Assembly: GCF_006345805.1 (NCBI RefSeq)
Contig: NC_043002.1
Span: 60,884,001 to 60,948,000, forward strand
Direction: 5' to 3'
DNA length: 64,000 nucleotides
Origin: Octopus sinensis
Lineage: Eukaryota
Shown here: one piece after another, positions 37,812 to 51,439 of the stretch
Layout of the letters: the number at the start of each line of letters is the position of its first letter
How positions within the stretch are numbered: the first letter of the stretch is position 1
Made by a program: the position numbers and the translations under genes
The notes under the pieces: model-generated
Databases searched by the model: none
What the model was told of the DNA's origin: nothing
The model's input: the letters and a program-made list of their open reading frames with translations, nothing else

Positions 37812-38700
37812 TTAAGAAATTTACGAATTTACATATCTGCAGCTTTCAAACATACATCCGATCGGCTTTAAAAACTTTAATACCCACAACTGCCTCTGTA
37901 AGCACCCTTTTTTTTTCTTTTCTTCTCTCTAAAAACATCACGCTTTTCTTTTTGTGGAATTGCAAAACCCTAAAACTTTCTATGAAAATCTGACTTTTCT
38001 TTGCTTCCTCCCAGAATATTCAAATATAAATGTAAACATACTTTTTATTGCAAAAACACACCTGTTCTTGTAACTGGACATACAAACATCTCTAGAGGGG
38101 TCAACTTCAACCTCCACAATATTACCTTACACGAAATATACAAACACTTTTTATTGTAATAACACAAACGCACATGGAAAAAATAATGATGCTAAGATTC
38201 TCTCTGGTCGAACACAGCTTCTCTATTCACAAATAATACAGAACAGCCCTTCAAAATAAGTTAAGAAAATTTGCAAATTTACATATCTACAGTTTTCAAT
38301 CATACATTCGACCAGCTTTAAAAACTTTGATACCCACAATTGCCTCTGTAAACATCCTTTTTTTTCTTCTCTCTAAAAACATCACGCTTTTCTTTTTGTG
38401 GACTTACAAAACCCTAAAACTTTCTATGAAAATCTGACTTTTCTTTGCTTCCTCCCTGAATATTCAAATATAAATATAAACATATACCTTTTATTGTAAA
38501 AACACACCTGTTCTTCTAACTGGACATACAAACATCTCTAGAAAAGTCAGCTTCAACCTCCACAATATTACCTTACACGAAATATACAAACACTTTCTAT
38601 TGCAATAACACAAACGCACATGGAAAAAAATGATGATGCTAAGATTCTCTCTGGTCGAACACAACTTCTCTATTCACAAACAATACAGAACAGCCCTTCC
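37812..38700. repeat. Diverged tandem duplication, period about 450 bp
   Basis: TAAGAAATTTACGAATTTACATATCTGCAG (~37813) vs TAAGAAAATTTGCAAATTTACATATCTACAG (~38262); collinear through GAACAGCCCTTC. Confidence 0.85.
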
Positions 38701-39184
38701 TTAATTTTTCTTAAGCCTAATAGTAGTAAACATCTGAACTTTTTTTGACCGATAGCACTCCACCTAAAAAAAAAAAAAAAAATCACTGATGGTGATGGTG
38801 ATGATGGTGATGATGATAATAATGATAGTAATAGTGCTGATAATCTATCTATCTATCTATCTACACACACACACTCAAAGAATTCAACCAACACATACCT
38901 CACCTCGGCTCTATTGTTAACCAAATATGAAAGTATTATTTGACAGGCAAGAACTCTGGCGTTGAAGACAGTCAGCCAGCCAACCACCAAGCCAGCCAAC
39001 GAGACAGACAGACACTACTGTGATGGTGATAATGATAAAAAAAATTAAAAAATAACAATAATAAGATACTGCTGTGACTACACATAAAACAATATCATTG
39101 ATGATGATGGTGGTGATGATGATGATGATGATGGTGGTGATAATGGTGATAGTGATAATGATGGTGATGATAATAACAATAATA

Positions 39185-42100
39185 AGCCGACTACGGCTGC
39201 TATAACGGTACGATTATAATTGTAACGGCAATGATGGCCGTCTCCCCACGAGCCAATCAAAGCTAAAAAATGATAACATTATCGTCGCACCAAAATGTTT
39301 TTGGAAACTAAAAGGAAAACTAAATCAGTATACCAAATCGCTTGTCCTATGGTTAATCTGGAAGCGCGTCCCCCAGGGAAGAGCCAGCCTGGGATCGAAA
39401 AGTCATCAACTGGCACAAACTCTTCTCCGAATACGGACATGGATGGTCACTTGAACGGGAAATCCCCCAACTCGAGCCCTCCAAGTTCACCACCATAACC
39501 ACCACAGAAAGAAAAATGTAAGCGGAACAAATGGACCCGAGAAGAATATAAAGAAGTAATATACGCTTATTACTATGCATTAGGTAGGCCATCTCAAGAG
39601 AGACACACCGCAAACTCTTACAGTATATGGAGAACACGGAATCAAGACAGTAGGCCCTATTTGGACGAGAACAAATTAGCAAATGTGAGGAGGGGTATCC
39701 TTAGAAATAACAGACTCACAGACAGTGAAATAAGCGCGATCAAGTACGCAACGGAAAATGACATAAATATAAGACACAAAGGAAATGAAGAATCAGATGA
39801 ACAGTATAGCCCGCCACGAGGCTTAATTGAAAGACTGCCATCTGACCAAAGTACGCAAGGCCTGAAGATACAAGAAATTCTATTGTACCTGTTAAAGATA
39901 TCCAGGAAAACGAAAAACAACAGTAACTGAAGATCTCGCATTTGCTGAAGAACACAGAGAGTCTATGGCAGAAATGAGGCAGAAAATCCTGAATACGCTT
40001 GAAGTTGTAAGACATACAAGTATGAATGATAGAGAACCACTTCATAAACTCTCAAATACAAACCAAAATAAAAAAACAAATCCAAATTGGCAACTACGTA
40101 ACAAATGAAATAATACGAGAATTAAAACCTGATTTTACTGAGTTAAATGAAATTATTTACGCTTCTGCTAGGGCAATCGAAACCAGCTGTATGCCCCCGA
40201 AAAAACAAAGAAAACAAAACCTGGGAAGAAATCAAATCTGGAGAAGTAAAATTGAAAAAGAGGTTGAATTTATGAGAGGGGAAATATCAATATTAAATGA
40301 ACTAATATGTGGAAATGATGTAAGATCCAGAACAGGAAGAAAGATGAAGAGAAAATTTGGATCCTCACCAAGAGAAGAACTGATATCAATAAAAGAAACG
40401 CTGAAACAAAAAGTCCAAGCAAAAGCCCAAAGAATACGAAGATGAGAAGAGAAACAAGTTTTACAAGCAAAATAAGCTGTTCACATCCAATGCCAAAAAA
40501 TTCTACAGAGAATAGGGAAGGAGAAAGTAACCGTTAAAGACCCCCCTCCCATGGAAGAAGTTCAAAACTTTTGGAAAATGATTTGGAGTGACAAGAAGAC
40601 ATACAATATAAATGCAGACTGGATTATACAAACTGAAGGATCCTACCAAAATTTACAACAAGCATGGGAAGACATCACAATAGCAGACCTAAGAAAGGCA
40701 CTCACGAAGGTCCATAATTGGAAATCCCCCGGTAAAGATAGGGTGCCGAATTTCTGGCTCGCATCGCTCCCATGCGCACACGGTAAGCTAGTTCAGCTGC
40801 TCAATGGAATTATGAGAGACCCAAAGAAAACACCTGAATGGTTAGCAAGTGGCATTACTTACCTACTCCCAAAGAATAACGAAACCAACCTTCCAAAAAA
40901 CTATCGGCCTATAACCTGTCTATCCACCACGTATAAAATCCTAACATCTATCCTGGCGGAGAAAACATATGCATTCATGGAGAAGAACGATATTTTCCCC
41001 ATTGAACAAAAAGGGTGCCGCCGAGGCTCTTACGGATGCAAAGATCAACTGCTAATCAATCGTATGATCCTTGAGAACTGTCACAACAAGCGCAGAAATC
41101 TCAGCACCGCATGGATTGACTATAAAAAGGCCTTCGACAGTATACCGCATCCATGGATCTTGAGATCGTTGGACATCTTCAAAATTTCCCCTGTGATTTC
41201 AAACTTCCTGAAGCACAATATGTCGTTGTGGAATACGAATCTCCAATTATACCACTCTAATGGAGTACTTGCCTCAGAAAATATAAACATCAACTGTGGA
41301 ATTTTTCAAGGTGACTCACTTTCACCTTTAATATTCTGTATAGCCCTAATACCCCTTACAAGTGAATTAAACAGAACAGGGTATGGGTATGAAATTGCCA
41401 ATAAAAAAATAAGCCATCTATTTTATATGGATGACTTAAAACTTTATGGTAAAGACAATAATAAACTTGAAGGCCTATTGCGCACCGTGAAAGCATTCAG
41501 CGATGACATCGGGATGGAGTTTGGACTTGAGAAGTGTGCCAAGGCCACTTTCCAGAAAGGGAAAGTGAAGACCACAAATTCAGTCGTGTTAGATGTTGAC
41601 ACAGTCATAAGAGAGCTTGAGCAAGAACAAACATACAAATATTTAGGGGTAAATGAAGGCTCTGGTATTCAGCATGCAAGCATGAAAGAGAAGATCAGGA
41701 AGGAATGTTATAGGAGAATTCGTGCAGTCCTGAAATCTGAACTAAATGCACGTAACAAGGTGTTAGCTATAAATTCATTAGCAGTTCCAGTTGTTACTTA
41801 TAGCTACAATGTGTTGAACTGGAATATGAGTGAAGTAAAGAATATAGATAGGAAAGTACGCAAGCTGCTGAGTTGTAATAGGATGCACCACCTAAAGGCA
41901 GACGTAGATCGCCTTTACCTTCCCAGAGCCCAAGGAGGTCGAGGCCTGATCCAATTTGAACTAGCTTACAAAACAACCACAATTGGACTGGCCAAATATC
42001 TCGAAATATCGAATGACTGGATGCTAAAGCTCGTGGAAAATCACGAGAGACGAAAGAAGCTTCATTCTATCATCAAGGAAAGCAAAAAATTTGCTATTGA

Positions 42101-43150
42101 TCTCGTGTAGGATACACAAACTGAACAACCCGAGGGAAGTACGGCAACTATTGTTGCAAAGAAGGTGGAAATGATGGCAACGAATAAAGCGCACGAGCAA
42201 TTGGCTGATAGGTGGGAGGAGAAACCTCTGCACGGCAAATATGTGACCCGCAGCAAACAAGCTGATGTTGACCAGAAGCAAACCCATCAGTGGTTACGGA
42301 GCTCAGGGCTAAAAGCAGAGAGCGAAGGTTTCATCCTGGCTGCTCAAGATCAAAGCCTATTAACCCGGAACTACCAGGCCAATGTGATGAAAAATGGAGC
42401 AGATCCAAAATGCCGATTCTGCAACGACATGATTGAAACAGTGGACCACCTAATCTCTGGATGTAAAGTCTTAGCACCAGTGGAGTATAAATTAAGACAT
42501 GACAGAGTTGGCCAATATCTACACTGGCTAATAAGTCGGCATTACAATATCAAAACTGCCGACAAGTGGTATAATCACCACCCTGAGGCTGTAACTGAAG
42601 GAGAAAATGTAACCATTCTGTGGGACTTTCCAGTACATACAGACCGAACCATCAAGGCCAATAAACCAGATATTGTTGTGAAAGACCAAAACAATAAAGT
42701 TTGCTTATTGATCGACATGAGCATCCCCTGTGATCATAATATCTCAGCGAAAGAGTTTGACAAGCTCAGAAAATATAAAGACCTACTCATTGAAATTGAG
42801 AAAATGTGGCATCTCAAGGCGGTTACAATACCAGTGATCGTAGGAGCATTAGGAATGATCAAGAAGGGAACCGAAAATTATATGAGAATGATCCCTGGCT
42901 TACCATCCCTGCAAAAAGTGCAAAAAATTGTCTTAACTGGTACATCACACGTATTGAGAAGAGCATTGTCGATGTGAGAACTGTTGCTGCTCATGTATGT
43001 TAATTTAACTTAAAAAAATAATAAAAAAATGAACGAACTATTGAGTTTGGTTTAATGGCCTACCAATGTATACTTTGAGTTTCTTTGCCCTAGGAGTCGG
43101 GAAGACACTCGGCAAGAAATGGAAGCAAATTTGAAAGAAGAAAAAAAAAA
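39185..43150 (+). mobile_element. R4/Dong-clade RLE non-LTR retrotransposon, near-full-length
   Basis: N-terminal RNKWTREEYKEVIYAY; RT 40551-42110 (KNYRPITCL, EQKGCRRG, WIDYKKAFDSIPH, GIFQGDSLSPL, LFYMDDLKL, YKYLG); 42165-42977 CCHC motif (CRFC..ETVDHLISGC) and RLE (KPDIVVKD..LIDMSIP). Starts in (GAT)n, ends at (AAT)n. Confidence 0.93.
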
Positions 43151-43180
<30 letters not shown>

Positions 43181-43184
<4 letters not shown>

Positions 43185-43375
43185 AGAAGAGAAAGAAGAA
43201 GAAGAAGAAGAAGAAGAAGAAGAAGAAGAAGAAGAAGAAGAAGAAGAAGAAGAGAAGAAGAAGAAGAAGAAGAAGAAGAAGAAGAAGAAGAAGAAGAAGA
43301 AGAAGAAGAAGAAGAAGAAGAAGAAGAAGAAGAAGAAGAAGAAGAAGAAGAAGAAGAAGAAGAAGAAGAAGAAGA
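43181..43375. repeat. (AAG)n microsatellite
   Basis: Direct inspection. Confidence 0.95.
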
Positions 43376-43379
43376 AAAA

Positions 43380-43850
43380 ATACTACGGAAATACAAAATT
43401 ACAGAACAAGGTATACCTGCAGTAAAAGAACATGTAAAGCAGAAGATCCTCGCTAAAACAAAGAATCTGTCGGTATGAGAAACTGCAACGATTCTTGAAC
43501 AACACAAACAGTTCAACTACAATCCAAAACATTTCTATCAGAAAGTTGACAAAAATAAAACAGAGATCACTGCATCACCAACACTAGAAGTGGAAGAAAT
43601 TGGGGAAAAGGATGGTTGGCGAAGGAACAGCCTCACAAAAGATTTATCAAATTAACTTACACAGCATCTGAACACCTATAAAAACGGAAATAGTCACACA
43701 GACGCTGCAAAAAATAAGCTATTGGACGGCACCCAGGCACGACAAGATCCCTAATTTCTGTCTAAATTATTTAAGAGGGAAACATAGGTCTATGTCCGAG
43801 AAATTCAACGAGATACTCGCAGGGCCTGAAACAACACTGTCACACAGAAT
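43380..43850 (+). mobile_element. Internal fragment of an R4/Dong LINE (related to 19900-20300)
   Basis: Similar to the reverse complement of 19900-20300 (..KQKILAK..QFNYNPKHFYQK; CACCCAGGCACGACAAGATCCCTAATTTCTG). Confidence 0.6.
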
Positions 43851-43879
43851 CTTAATTCTCAAATCCACTGGAATGGCAA

Positions 43880-44550
43880 ACTCACAAAACTACAGACTGG
43901 GGTCGATCTAAAATGTCGGGCCTTGTACCTAGAGTAGAAAAGAATATCTGTTTCAAAACAAGGCTGCGAGCCGGCAGGAACGTTAGCACGCCGGGCGAAA
44001 TGCGTAGCCGTATGTCGTCTGCCGTTACGTTCTGAGTTCAAATTCCGCTGAGGTAGACTTTTCTTTTTCCCCCTTTCGTGGTCGATAACTTAAGTACCAG
44101 TTACGTACTGGAGTCGATCTAATCAACTGGCTCCCTTCCCCAAAATTTCCGGCCTTGTGCCTAGAGCAGAAAAGAAAAGAAACGTCGGGCGAAATGCTTA
44201 GCATTATTTCGTCTGCCGCTACGAGCTGAGTTCAAATTCCGTCGAGGTCGACTTTACCTTTCATCCTTTCGGGGTCTATTAGATAAGTACCAGTTACGCA
44301 CTGGAGTCGATATAATCGACTTAATCCGTTTATCGGTCCTTATTTGTCCTCTCTGTGTTTAGCCCCTTGTGGATAGTAAAGAAATAAGTATTTCGTCTGT
44401 CGTTACGTTCTGAGTTCAAATTCCGCCGAGGTCGACTTAGCCTTTCATCCTTTCGGGGTCGATAAATTAAGTACCAGTTGCGCATTGGGATCGATGTAAT
44501 AGACTGGCCCCCTACCCCAAAATTTCGGGCCTTGTGCCTAGAGTAGAAAC
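43880..44550 (+). mobile_element. SINE family C, composite with 3-4 internal tandem subunits
   Basis: Repeated CGTTACGTTCTGAGTTCAAATTCCGCCGAGGTCGACTT..TTTCATCCTTTCGGGGTCGATAAATTAAGTACCAGTT; tail AATTTCGGGCCTTGTGCCTAGAGTAGAAA. Confidence 0.85.
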
Positions 44551-44924
44551 ATGATTTCACATCTAGAATTTTGCAAAACAGATACATAAGCGTATAAAGA
44601 CCCACAAATATACAAGCATTGAGTTTTTAAAATGTCAATAAGTAAAGAAATGCTAAATATAACTAGATCAAGGCCATATATATATATTCCCGCCAATTAA
44701 GATTACACAGAACTGGCGATTTCAAAGACATAAAGGGTTCCATCCTAGCGTCAATATCCGCCTACTTAAAGAATATTATTTTTCTTTTATTAATTATTCA
44801 CTAAAAGATACGATATATAGCAAACAATTTGTACATATTAACTTTGAAATGATTTCAAGGTCAATGCTGCATAGGAATCGGTGTGTGTGTGTGTGAGCGC
44901 GCGCGGATATGTGTGTGTTATGTG

Positions 44925-44969
<45 letters not shown>

Positions 44970-45085
44970 GTTTACATGTTTATATAGATGTGTATATGAA
45001 AACACTACATCATATATATATATATATAGTTATTTATTTATTATACATATATATGTGTGTGTGCGTGTGCGTGTACTTGTATATA

Positions 45086-45150
<65 letters not shown>

Positions 45151-45369
45151 ATATATATACACATATATATATAAACATATATATATATAACGGGAAGCTT
45201 TATGAAAATAGACAAAAGACGTATATATGTATATATATATATATACATATATATATATGCGTGTACTTGTATATATGCTTATGTATGTATATATAAATAT
45301 ATACATGTATGTATGTATATATTTCCATATGTATATTTATATATACACACACAAGCATATAATTATCAT

Positions 45370-45720
45370 TTCGTGTAGCCCAATGGCCTGTCAATAATCT
45401 CAGATCTGTCTTGTAGAAAATGTTTGCCATAGAATTCACCAAACAATCAACATACGGCAGAGAAAACAATATCTGTGAAGTAGATGTGTTTTGATTCTGG
45501 AGTGGAACACTTCTTGGTTTATGCATATGGAATTGGTAGATGTGCGGTATTCTAATTGCGGAAACAAACAAGGTATCGATCTGGTTGTTATATTTACTTT
45601 TAGTTTTGTATTTGACAAGCAAAGTTTGTTGTTTTTCAAGTTGCTTTTCTAAATAGCGTACGCAGAAACACACACATGTATGTATGTCTGTATGCATGTA
45701 TCTATGTGTGTGCGTATATA
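45370..45720 (-). mobile_element. PLE coding relic (RT to endonuclease linker)
   Basis: ..FSLPYVDCLVNSMANIFYKTDLR.. resembles the PLE LPYV..LS..L..IF..D motif. Confidence 0.45.
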
Positions 45721-45784
45721 CATGTATATATGTATATTTATATATATACACACACAAACATATAATTATCATTTTCTCTGTGTA

Positions 45785-45822
45785 TCTTTCTGTTGAAGAG
45801 CGTAGGCTCGAAACGTTAAAGA
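45785..45822 (+). ncRNA. Degenerate hammerhead-like motif in a short PLE pLTR-type repeat
   Basis: TCTTT CTGTTGA A GAGC GTAG GCTC GAAA C GTT AAAGA: stems I-III present, A6 replaced by U. Confidence 0.45.
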
Positions 45823-46199
45823 CTTGTTTTATTTATATTTCCTGAGCGCCATACTAATACAATTGTTTGTTTGTTTTCCACCTGCCTTCGTCTTTTGTCT
45901 ATTTTCATAAAGCTTCCCGTTATATATGTATATATGCATGTATGTATGTATGTATGTATTATGTATGTATGTATGTATGTATGTATGTATGTATGTATGT
46001 CATAGTTCAGTTTTATTTCAAGATTTGTTGGCAATCAAAAAAGAGCCGGTTTCTCACCTAGATTCAAAGATTCCTTCATTGGAATTTCAACATCAACAAC
46101 AGGTTATATTTGTTTGTATGTATGTATATATGCAGATTTGTGATTTTTGCTTTATGTATGTATTCTCATGCATATACTTATCTTGACATGCTCATATAT

Positions 46200-46362
46200 A
46201 TTTAAATGATAAACATCTAGAAAGTTCAATCTGTAGTCTTCGAATTAGCTTTCTCCTTTCTAGATTTGAGAAGATTAATTTCTCGAAATTCGTATTTTGG
46301 CACTGTATTACATATCCCAGGGCCCCAATAATTACAGGTATAAACTTGAACTTGTATGTTTG
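46200..46362 (-). mobile_element. RLE LINE C-terminal relic
   Basis: YKFKFIPVIIGALGYV..RKLIRRLQ. Confidence 0.55.
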
Positions 46363-46464
46363 TGTGTTTATGTATGTATGTAGGTATGTATATGTGTATA
46401 CATGTATGTGTATAGTGCATGAAAAAGAGATGCGTCTATATATGTACATACACACACACGCATA

Positions 46465-46508
<44 letters not shown>

Positions 46509-46599
46509 CACACATACATACATACATACATACATACATACACACATATATATATATATACATATATATGTATATATATACACACACATACATACATAT

Positions 46600-46971
46600 A
46601 TATATAAATTAATGGAGTTAAATGCAGGGGTTGTTCAAATTCTTTTACTTCCGACACATGTTTCGAAGATATCACTGATATTATATCAAAGAAATAAAAT
46701 GTGTGCAGTGCCTAGTAGTGCAATTTTCTGTATGTTATATGTGTTTGTAAGTCCTGGTGTTTTTGTTATGTATTTGTCTGAATATTTTTTATCATGCCTA
46801 ATGCACCTACTATGATAGGAATTGTTTCTGTTTTTAGAATCCACATTCTGGTTACCTCTATTTCCAGATCTTTGTATTTTGAAAGTTTCTCCATTTCTTT
46901 TAGAGACACGTTGTCATCCGCTGGTATTATTATTATTATTATTATTAATATTGTTGTTGTTGTTGTTGTTG

Positions 46972-47043
<72 letters not shown>

Positions 47044-47890
47044 CATTATTATTATTATTATTCAGTAGTTTTATTTTTATAGCGTACTTTCACTTCACTA
47101 CCGAGCGCAACTTTGTATGACTTGGGTATGTGCTGTGCTTTGCTGTATGTGCTGTGCTTTGCTGTTTACTGTATTGCAAGTGTTTTGCGTAGGATTTGTG
47201 CAGTGCCTAGTAGAGCAATGTTCTGTATGTTATATATATTTGTAAGTCCTGGGGTTTTTGCTATGTATTTGTCTGAATATTTTTTAATCATACCTACTAA
47301 GTCCACTATAATAGGAATTGATTCTGTTTTTAGATTCCACATTCGATTTACCTCTGTTTCCAGGCCTTTGTATTTTGAAAGTTTCTCCATTTCTTTTACA
47401 GAAACGTTGTCATCTGCTGGTATCGATACATCAATTAGAAAGCCTTTTTTCTTCATGATCTCTGACAACTATATCTGGACTGTTGGCCTTAATTTCTCTA
47501 TCTGTGCGTATTGGCATATCCCTGAGTATGGTTGCTTTCTCGTTTTCTGTGACCTTTTCTGGCATGTGCCTATACCATCTTTTTTCTGTTGTTATTCCAT
47601 AGTATTGGTACATCTTCCAGTGTATGCAGGTCCTAACTCTGTCGTGTCTGTGAATATATTTCTTCTTAGCCAGGACTGGGTAGCCAGAGATAATATATTT
47701 TATTGTTTCTTGTCCATCTCCACATATTCTGCAGTTACTTGTTATGTTTTTTTTCATTACATGCTTTTGGTAATTTCTGGTGGGGAGGCTTTGGTCTTGT
47801 GCAGCAATTAAAAATCCTTCAGTCTCTGCTTTGAGTCTTGAGGTTCTCACCATTGATTTTCTGTCTATTTATCTTGCGTTTAGTTTAGCC
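46600..47890 (-). mobile_element. Two 5'-truncated R4/Dong 3' copies (46600-46925 and 47060-47890), same family as 17931-21645
   Basis: ETEGFLIAAQDQSLPTRNYQKH..CRICG..RHDRV (47431-47853); EKLSKYKGLETE..IPIIV (47166-47468); separated by (ATT)n. Confidence 0.88.
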
Positions 47891-47932
<42 letters not shown>

Positions 47933-47984
47933 ATCATCATCATCATCATCAATCATCATCATCATCATCATTAGCACACATTAT

Positions 47985-50900
47985 TAGCCATTTGAAAAGA
48001 CTATGGAATTTACAATTAACTGCACCAGGGTTCCTCTTCCCCAGGGAACCAGACCTAATTGTATACCTGCGGATGTAGGTCCAGCCCCTGCTTTGCCGGG
48101 TCCTGTCTCTGATCATGTTGCACCTCCAAGGGCATCCATTGACGGTGATGCCCTCAATCTTAACAGACGGGTATCACCTGATGGAGAAGAGTCAGCTCCC
48201 AACCAAACAACACCAAACAAACACCTCATCAGCTGTAAAAATCATACGATACTCAGCACCCTCAATGCCCGCACCCTCGGCTCTCTTGGTCGTCTAGAAG
48301 AACTTGGTGCAAATGCAGAATCATATGGCATTGATATAATAGCTGTCCAAGAACACCGATTTTACCACCCTGGCAACATCCTCAAATACCATCAAGTCGG
48401 TTCTTATCAACTTGTAACCTCCTCAGCATCAAAGAATACTGTTAATTCAACAGTTGGAGGTATCGGATTTCTACTTTCATCAAAAGCTAGTGATACTCTC
48501 TTGAGTATAGAGTCAATCTCACCTAGAATTATGGTGCTTGAGATAGATGGAAACCTGAAAACAACAATGGTATGTGTGTATAGCCCACATAATTCGTCTG
48601 TGGCAGACGAGATTGAGAATTTTTATACAACCCTTCGTTCAACCATTGAGCAAGTACCTCTCCATAATTTTCTAGTTATAGCTGGTGATCTGAATGCTAG
48701 ACTAGGACCCGATGAGACCAAGTTTACTTTCAACTCTAAAACTAATCGGAACGGAGAAATGCTCAACGACTTCTTGGAGGAATTTAATCTCTACACCTCC
48801 AACAATTCTTTTATGAAATCAAAAGGTCAACTTTGGACATTTGAGTCCCCACTTGGTGATAGGGCACAAATTGACTACCTCATCTTTCGAAAGAAATAGC
48901 GCAATAGTGTTAAAGACTCGAGATCCTACTCTTCCTTTAGTTCTGTCGGCTCTGACCACAGAATTGTATCAGCTACCGTTAAGCTTAGTCTTCGCTCATC
49001 CAAAAAAGCTAAACCTCACCCGATGAAAACGATCGACTAGGAGGAAGTCTTGTCTAACCCCGATATGTCCAAACAATTTACTATTGAGGTCTATAACACA
49101 TTTCAATATCTGTCTACTTCTGAAATAGATGCTGAGAACATTGAAGAAGTATACAGCAGCCTCATCAAATCAACAGAGGAAGTTGCACTAGCTACTCTTC
49201 CCAAAAAGAAGAGTAGGGGCCAGAGCAAACCTTCTAATTCCCCAAATGTCATCGAAGCCAGAAACCATCTAAAGTCTATATCACTAGCTTACCACCGTTC
49301 TACATCCCAGTCACTGAAGATCCAACTCATAGCTGCCAAGAAGAATCTTGATGAGGCTTACTTGAACGCCAAGGTCGACTTTATCAATGGCAAAATTAGT
49401 AAACTATCCAAAGAGCACATTAGTAAAAAACACCATCTCGCCTGGAAATCCATCAAAGACCTATCGGGCAAAAATTCTGGGTCATCAATTAGAATTAAAG
49501 GGGGATCAGCTAAGAAACGTTTAGAAAATTGGTCAACCCATTTTAAAAACCTCCTTGGGAAGAATGCCAAAATCCCTGATAACCCCACTCTTCCAAGTGT
49601 GCCTATATCAGACACGCTGGACATCAACACCTCCCCATTTACCATATTTGAACTAACAGCAGCCACCAAGCAACTAAAAGCCTCGAAAGCATTTGGTCCC
49701 GACAACATCCCAGCTGTAATTTGGAAGGATGATAGATTTCACACACTTTTGCTCAACCTCTGCAACCACACACTTTCCACCTTTGTCGCTCCAAAGATTT
49801 GGCACCAATCTCAAATCATTCCAATACCCAAAAAAGGCGAGTTATCCCTCGTCACCAACTACAGGGGTATATCTCTAATGTCAATTGCTGCAAAACTGTA
49901 CAACAAACTGATCCTAAATCGTCTTGTCCTTTTTGTTGAACCTTTGCTCCGAAAGAACCAAAATGGATTCAGACATGGGTGCTCAACGCTGAGTCAGATA
50001 CTATGCCTACGCAGACTTATTGAAGAATCAAAAGCATTTAATCGCGATCTTGCAATGGTATTTGTAGACTTTTCTAAAGCGTTCGATTCTGTAGATAGGT
50101 ACAAGATGTTTGAAATCCTTAAGCTCTATGGGATACCAGACAAAATGATTTCTGCCATCAAAGTCCTCTACACAGATACGTCTTCAACCATCTTAACCCC
50201 TGACGGAGAAACATCATCTTTCTCAATCAAAGCCGGAATACTGCAGGGAGACACACTCGCCCCATTTCTTTTCATCATTGTTGTTGATTATGTGCTACGT
50301 ATGTCAGTTGATACCATCTCTGGCAAGGGCTTTGAAATAAAACCAAGAAGAAGTTCCAGACACCTAGCTGAGTACTTGACAGACACTGACTTTGCTGACG
50401 ACATCGCTCTTATCAGTGATTCTCTCTCCAATGCCCAGTCCCTTTTACAATCTCTTGAACAAGCTTCAAATTGTGTAGGTCTTTACCTCAATGAGGCCAA
50501 ACCTGAATGCATAAACAAGTGCCTGTCCAACAGTGATTGCATCATCCATACTCTCAACAATGCGCCCTTAAATATGGTTTCTGATTATAAATATCTTGGG
50601 TCATACATATCATCATCTGGAAAAGACTTTCTAACTAGAAAGGGTATAGCCTGGTCAGCCTGTAAGGACATGCATAAGATCTGGTCATCAAATCTAAGTA
50701 GAGACTTCAAACTTGAAATATTCAAAGCCACAGTCGAACCAATTCTACTATATGGCTCAGAAACATGAACGTTATCAAATAAGCTTGAGAGGCGGTTGGA
50801 TGGAACCTACACTCGCCTCCTTATGAGAGCTTAAAATCTCTCGTGGAAGCGCCATCCAACCAAAATGCAAATATATGGGAAACTACCACCTGTGTCATCT

Positions 50901-51139
50901 CTTGTGAAAGGTAGGAGAGTCCAGTTTGCTGGACATTGTTGTAGAGCTGAAAAAGAAGTAATTTTTACTCTTCTCCTCTGGAAGCCATCTACTCGCAATA
51001 CCAGAGGGCGCACACTCTCCTACCAAGATGTAATCTCCAGGGATACAGGCATCCAGCAACAGGACCTCCGTAATGCCATGATGGACCGTGAAGTCTGGCG
51101 TAGCATAGTAAATTCCATTGTCTCGACCAAGGTCGAACA

Positions 51140-51143
<4 letters not shown>
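47985..51143 (+). mobile_element. APE-RT non-LTR retrotransposon (RTE/RTEX-like), near-complete single ORF
   Basis: APE: STLNARTL, IAVQEHR, GDLNARLG, QIDYL, SDH. RT: NYRGISLMS, QNGFR, FVDFSKAFDSV, GILQGDTLAP, DFADDIAL, YKYLGS. All in one frame 48003-51143 with four in-frame stops; flanked by (CAT)n and (ATG)n. Confidence 0.92.
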
Positions 51144-51174
<31 letters not shown>

Positions 51175-51340
51175 ATGATGATGATGATGATGATCATCAT
51201 CATCATCATCATCATCATTATTATTATTGTTGTTGTTGTTGTTATTATTATTGTTATTGTTATTGTTATTGTTATTGTTATTGTTTTTGTTGTTGTTGTT
51301 GTTGTTGTTGTTATTATTATTACTACTACTACTACTACTA

Positions 51341-51418
<78 letters not shown>

Positions 51419-51439
51419 CATGATTATTATAATTATTAG

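Noticed and set aside
39190-39265. Possible HDV-like ribozyme at the 5' end of the R4 element (CGT-CTCCCC-ACG-AGCC)
   Set aside because: Only a 4-bp P1 and no GG for P1.1; the full pseudoknot could not be built by eye.
43960-44550. Regularly repeated ~40-bp motifs resembling a CRISPR array
   Set aside because: The intervening sequences are homologous to each other and the unit has a Pol III B-box; these are tandem subunits of SINE family C in a eukaryotic context.
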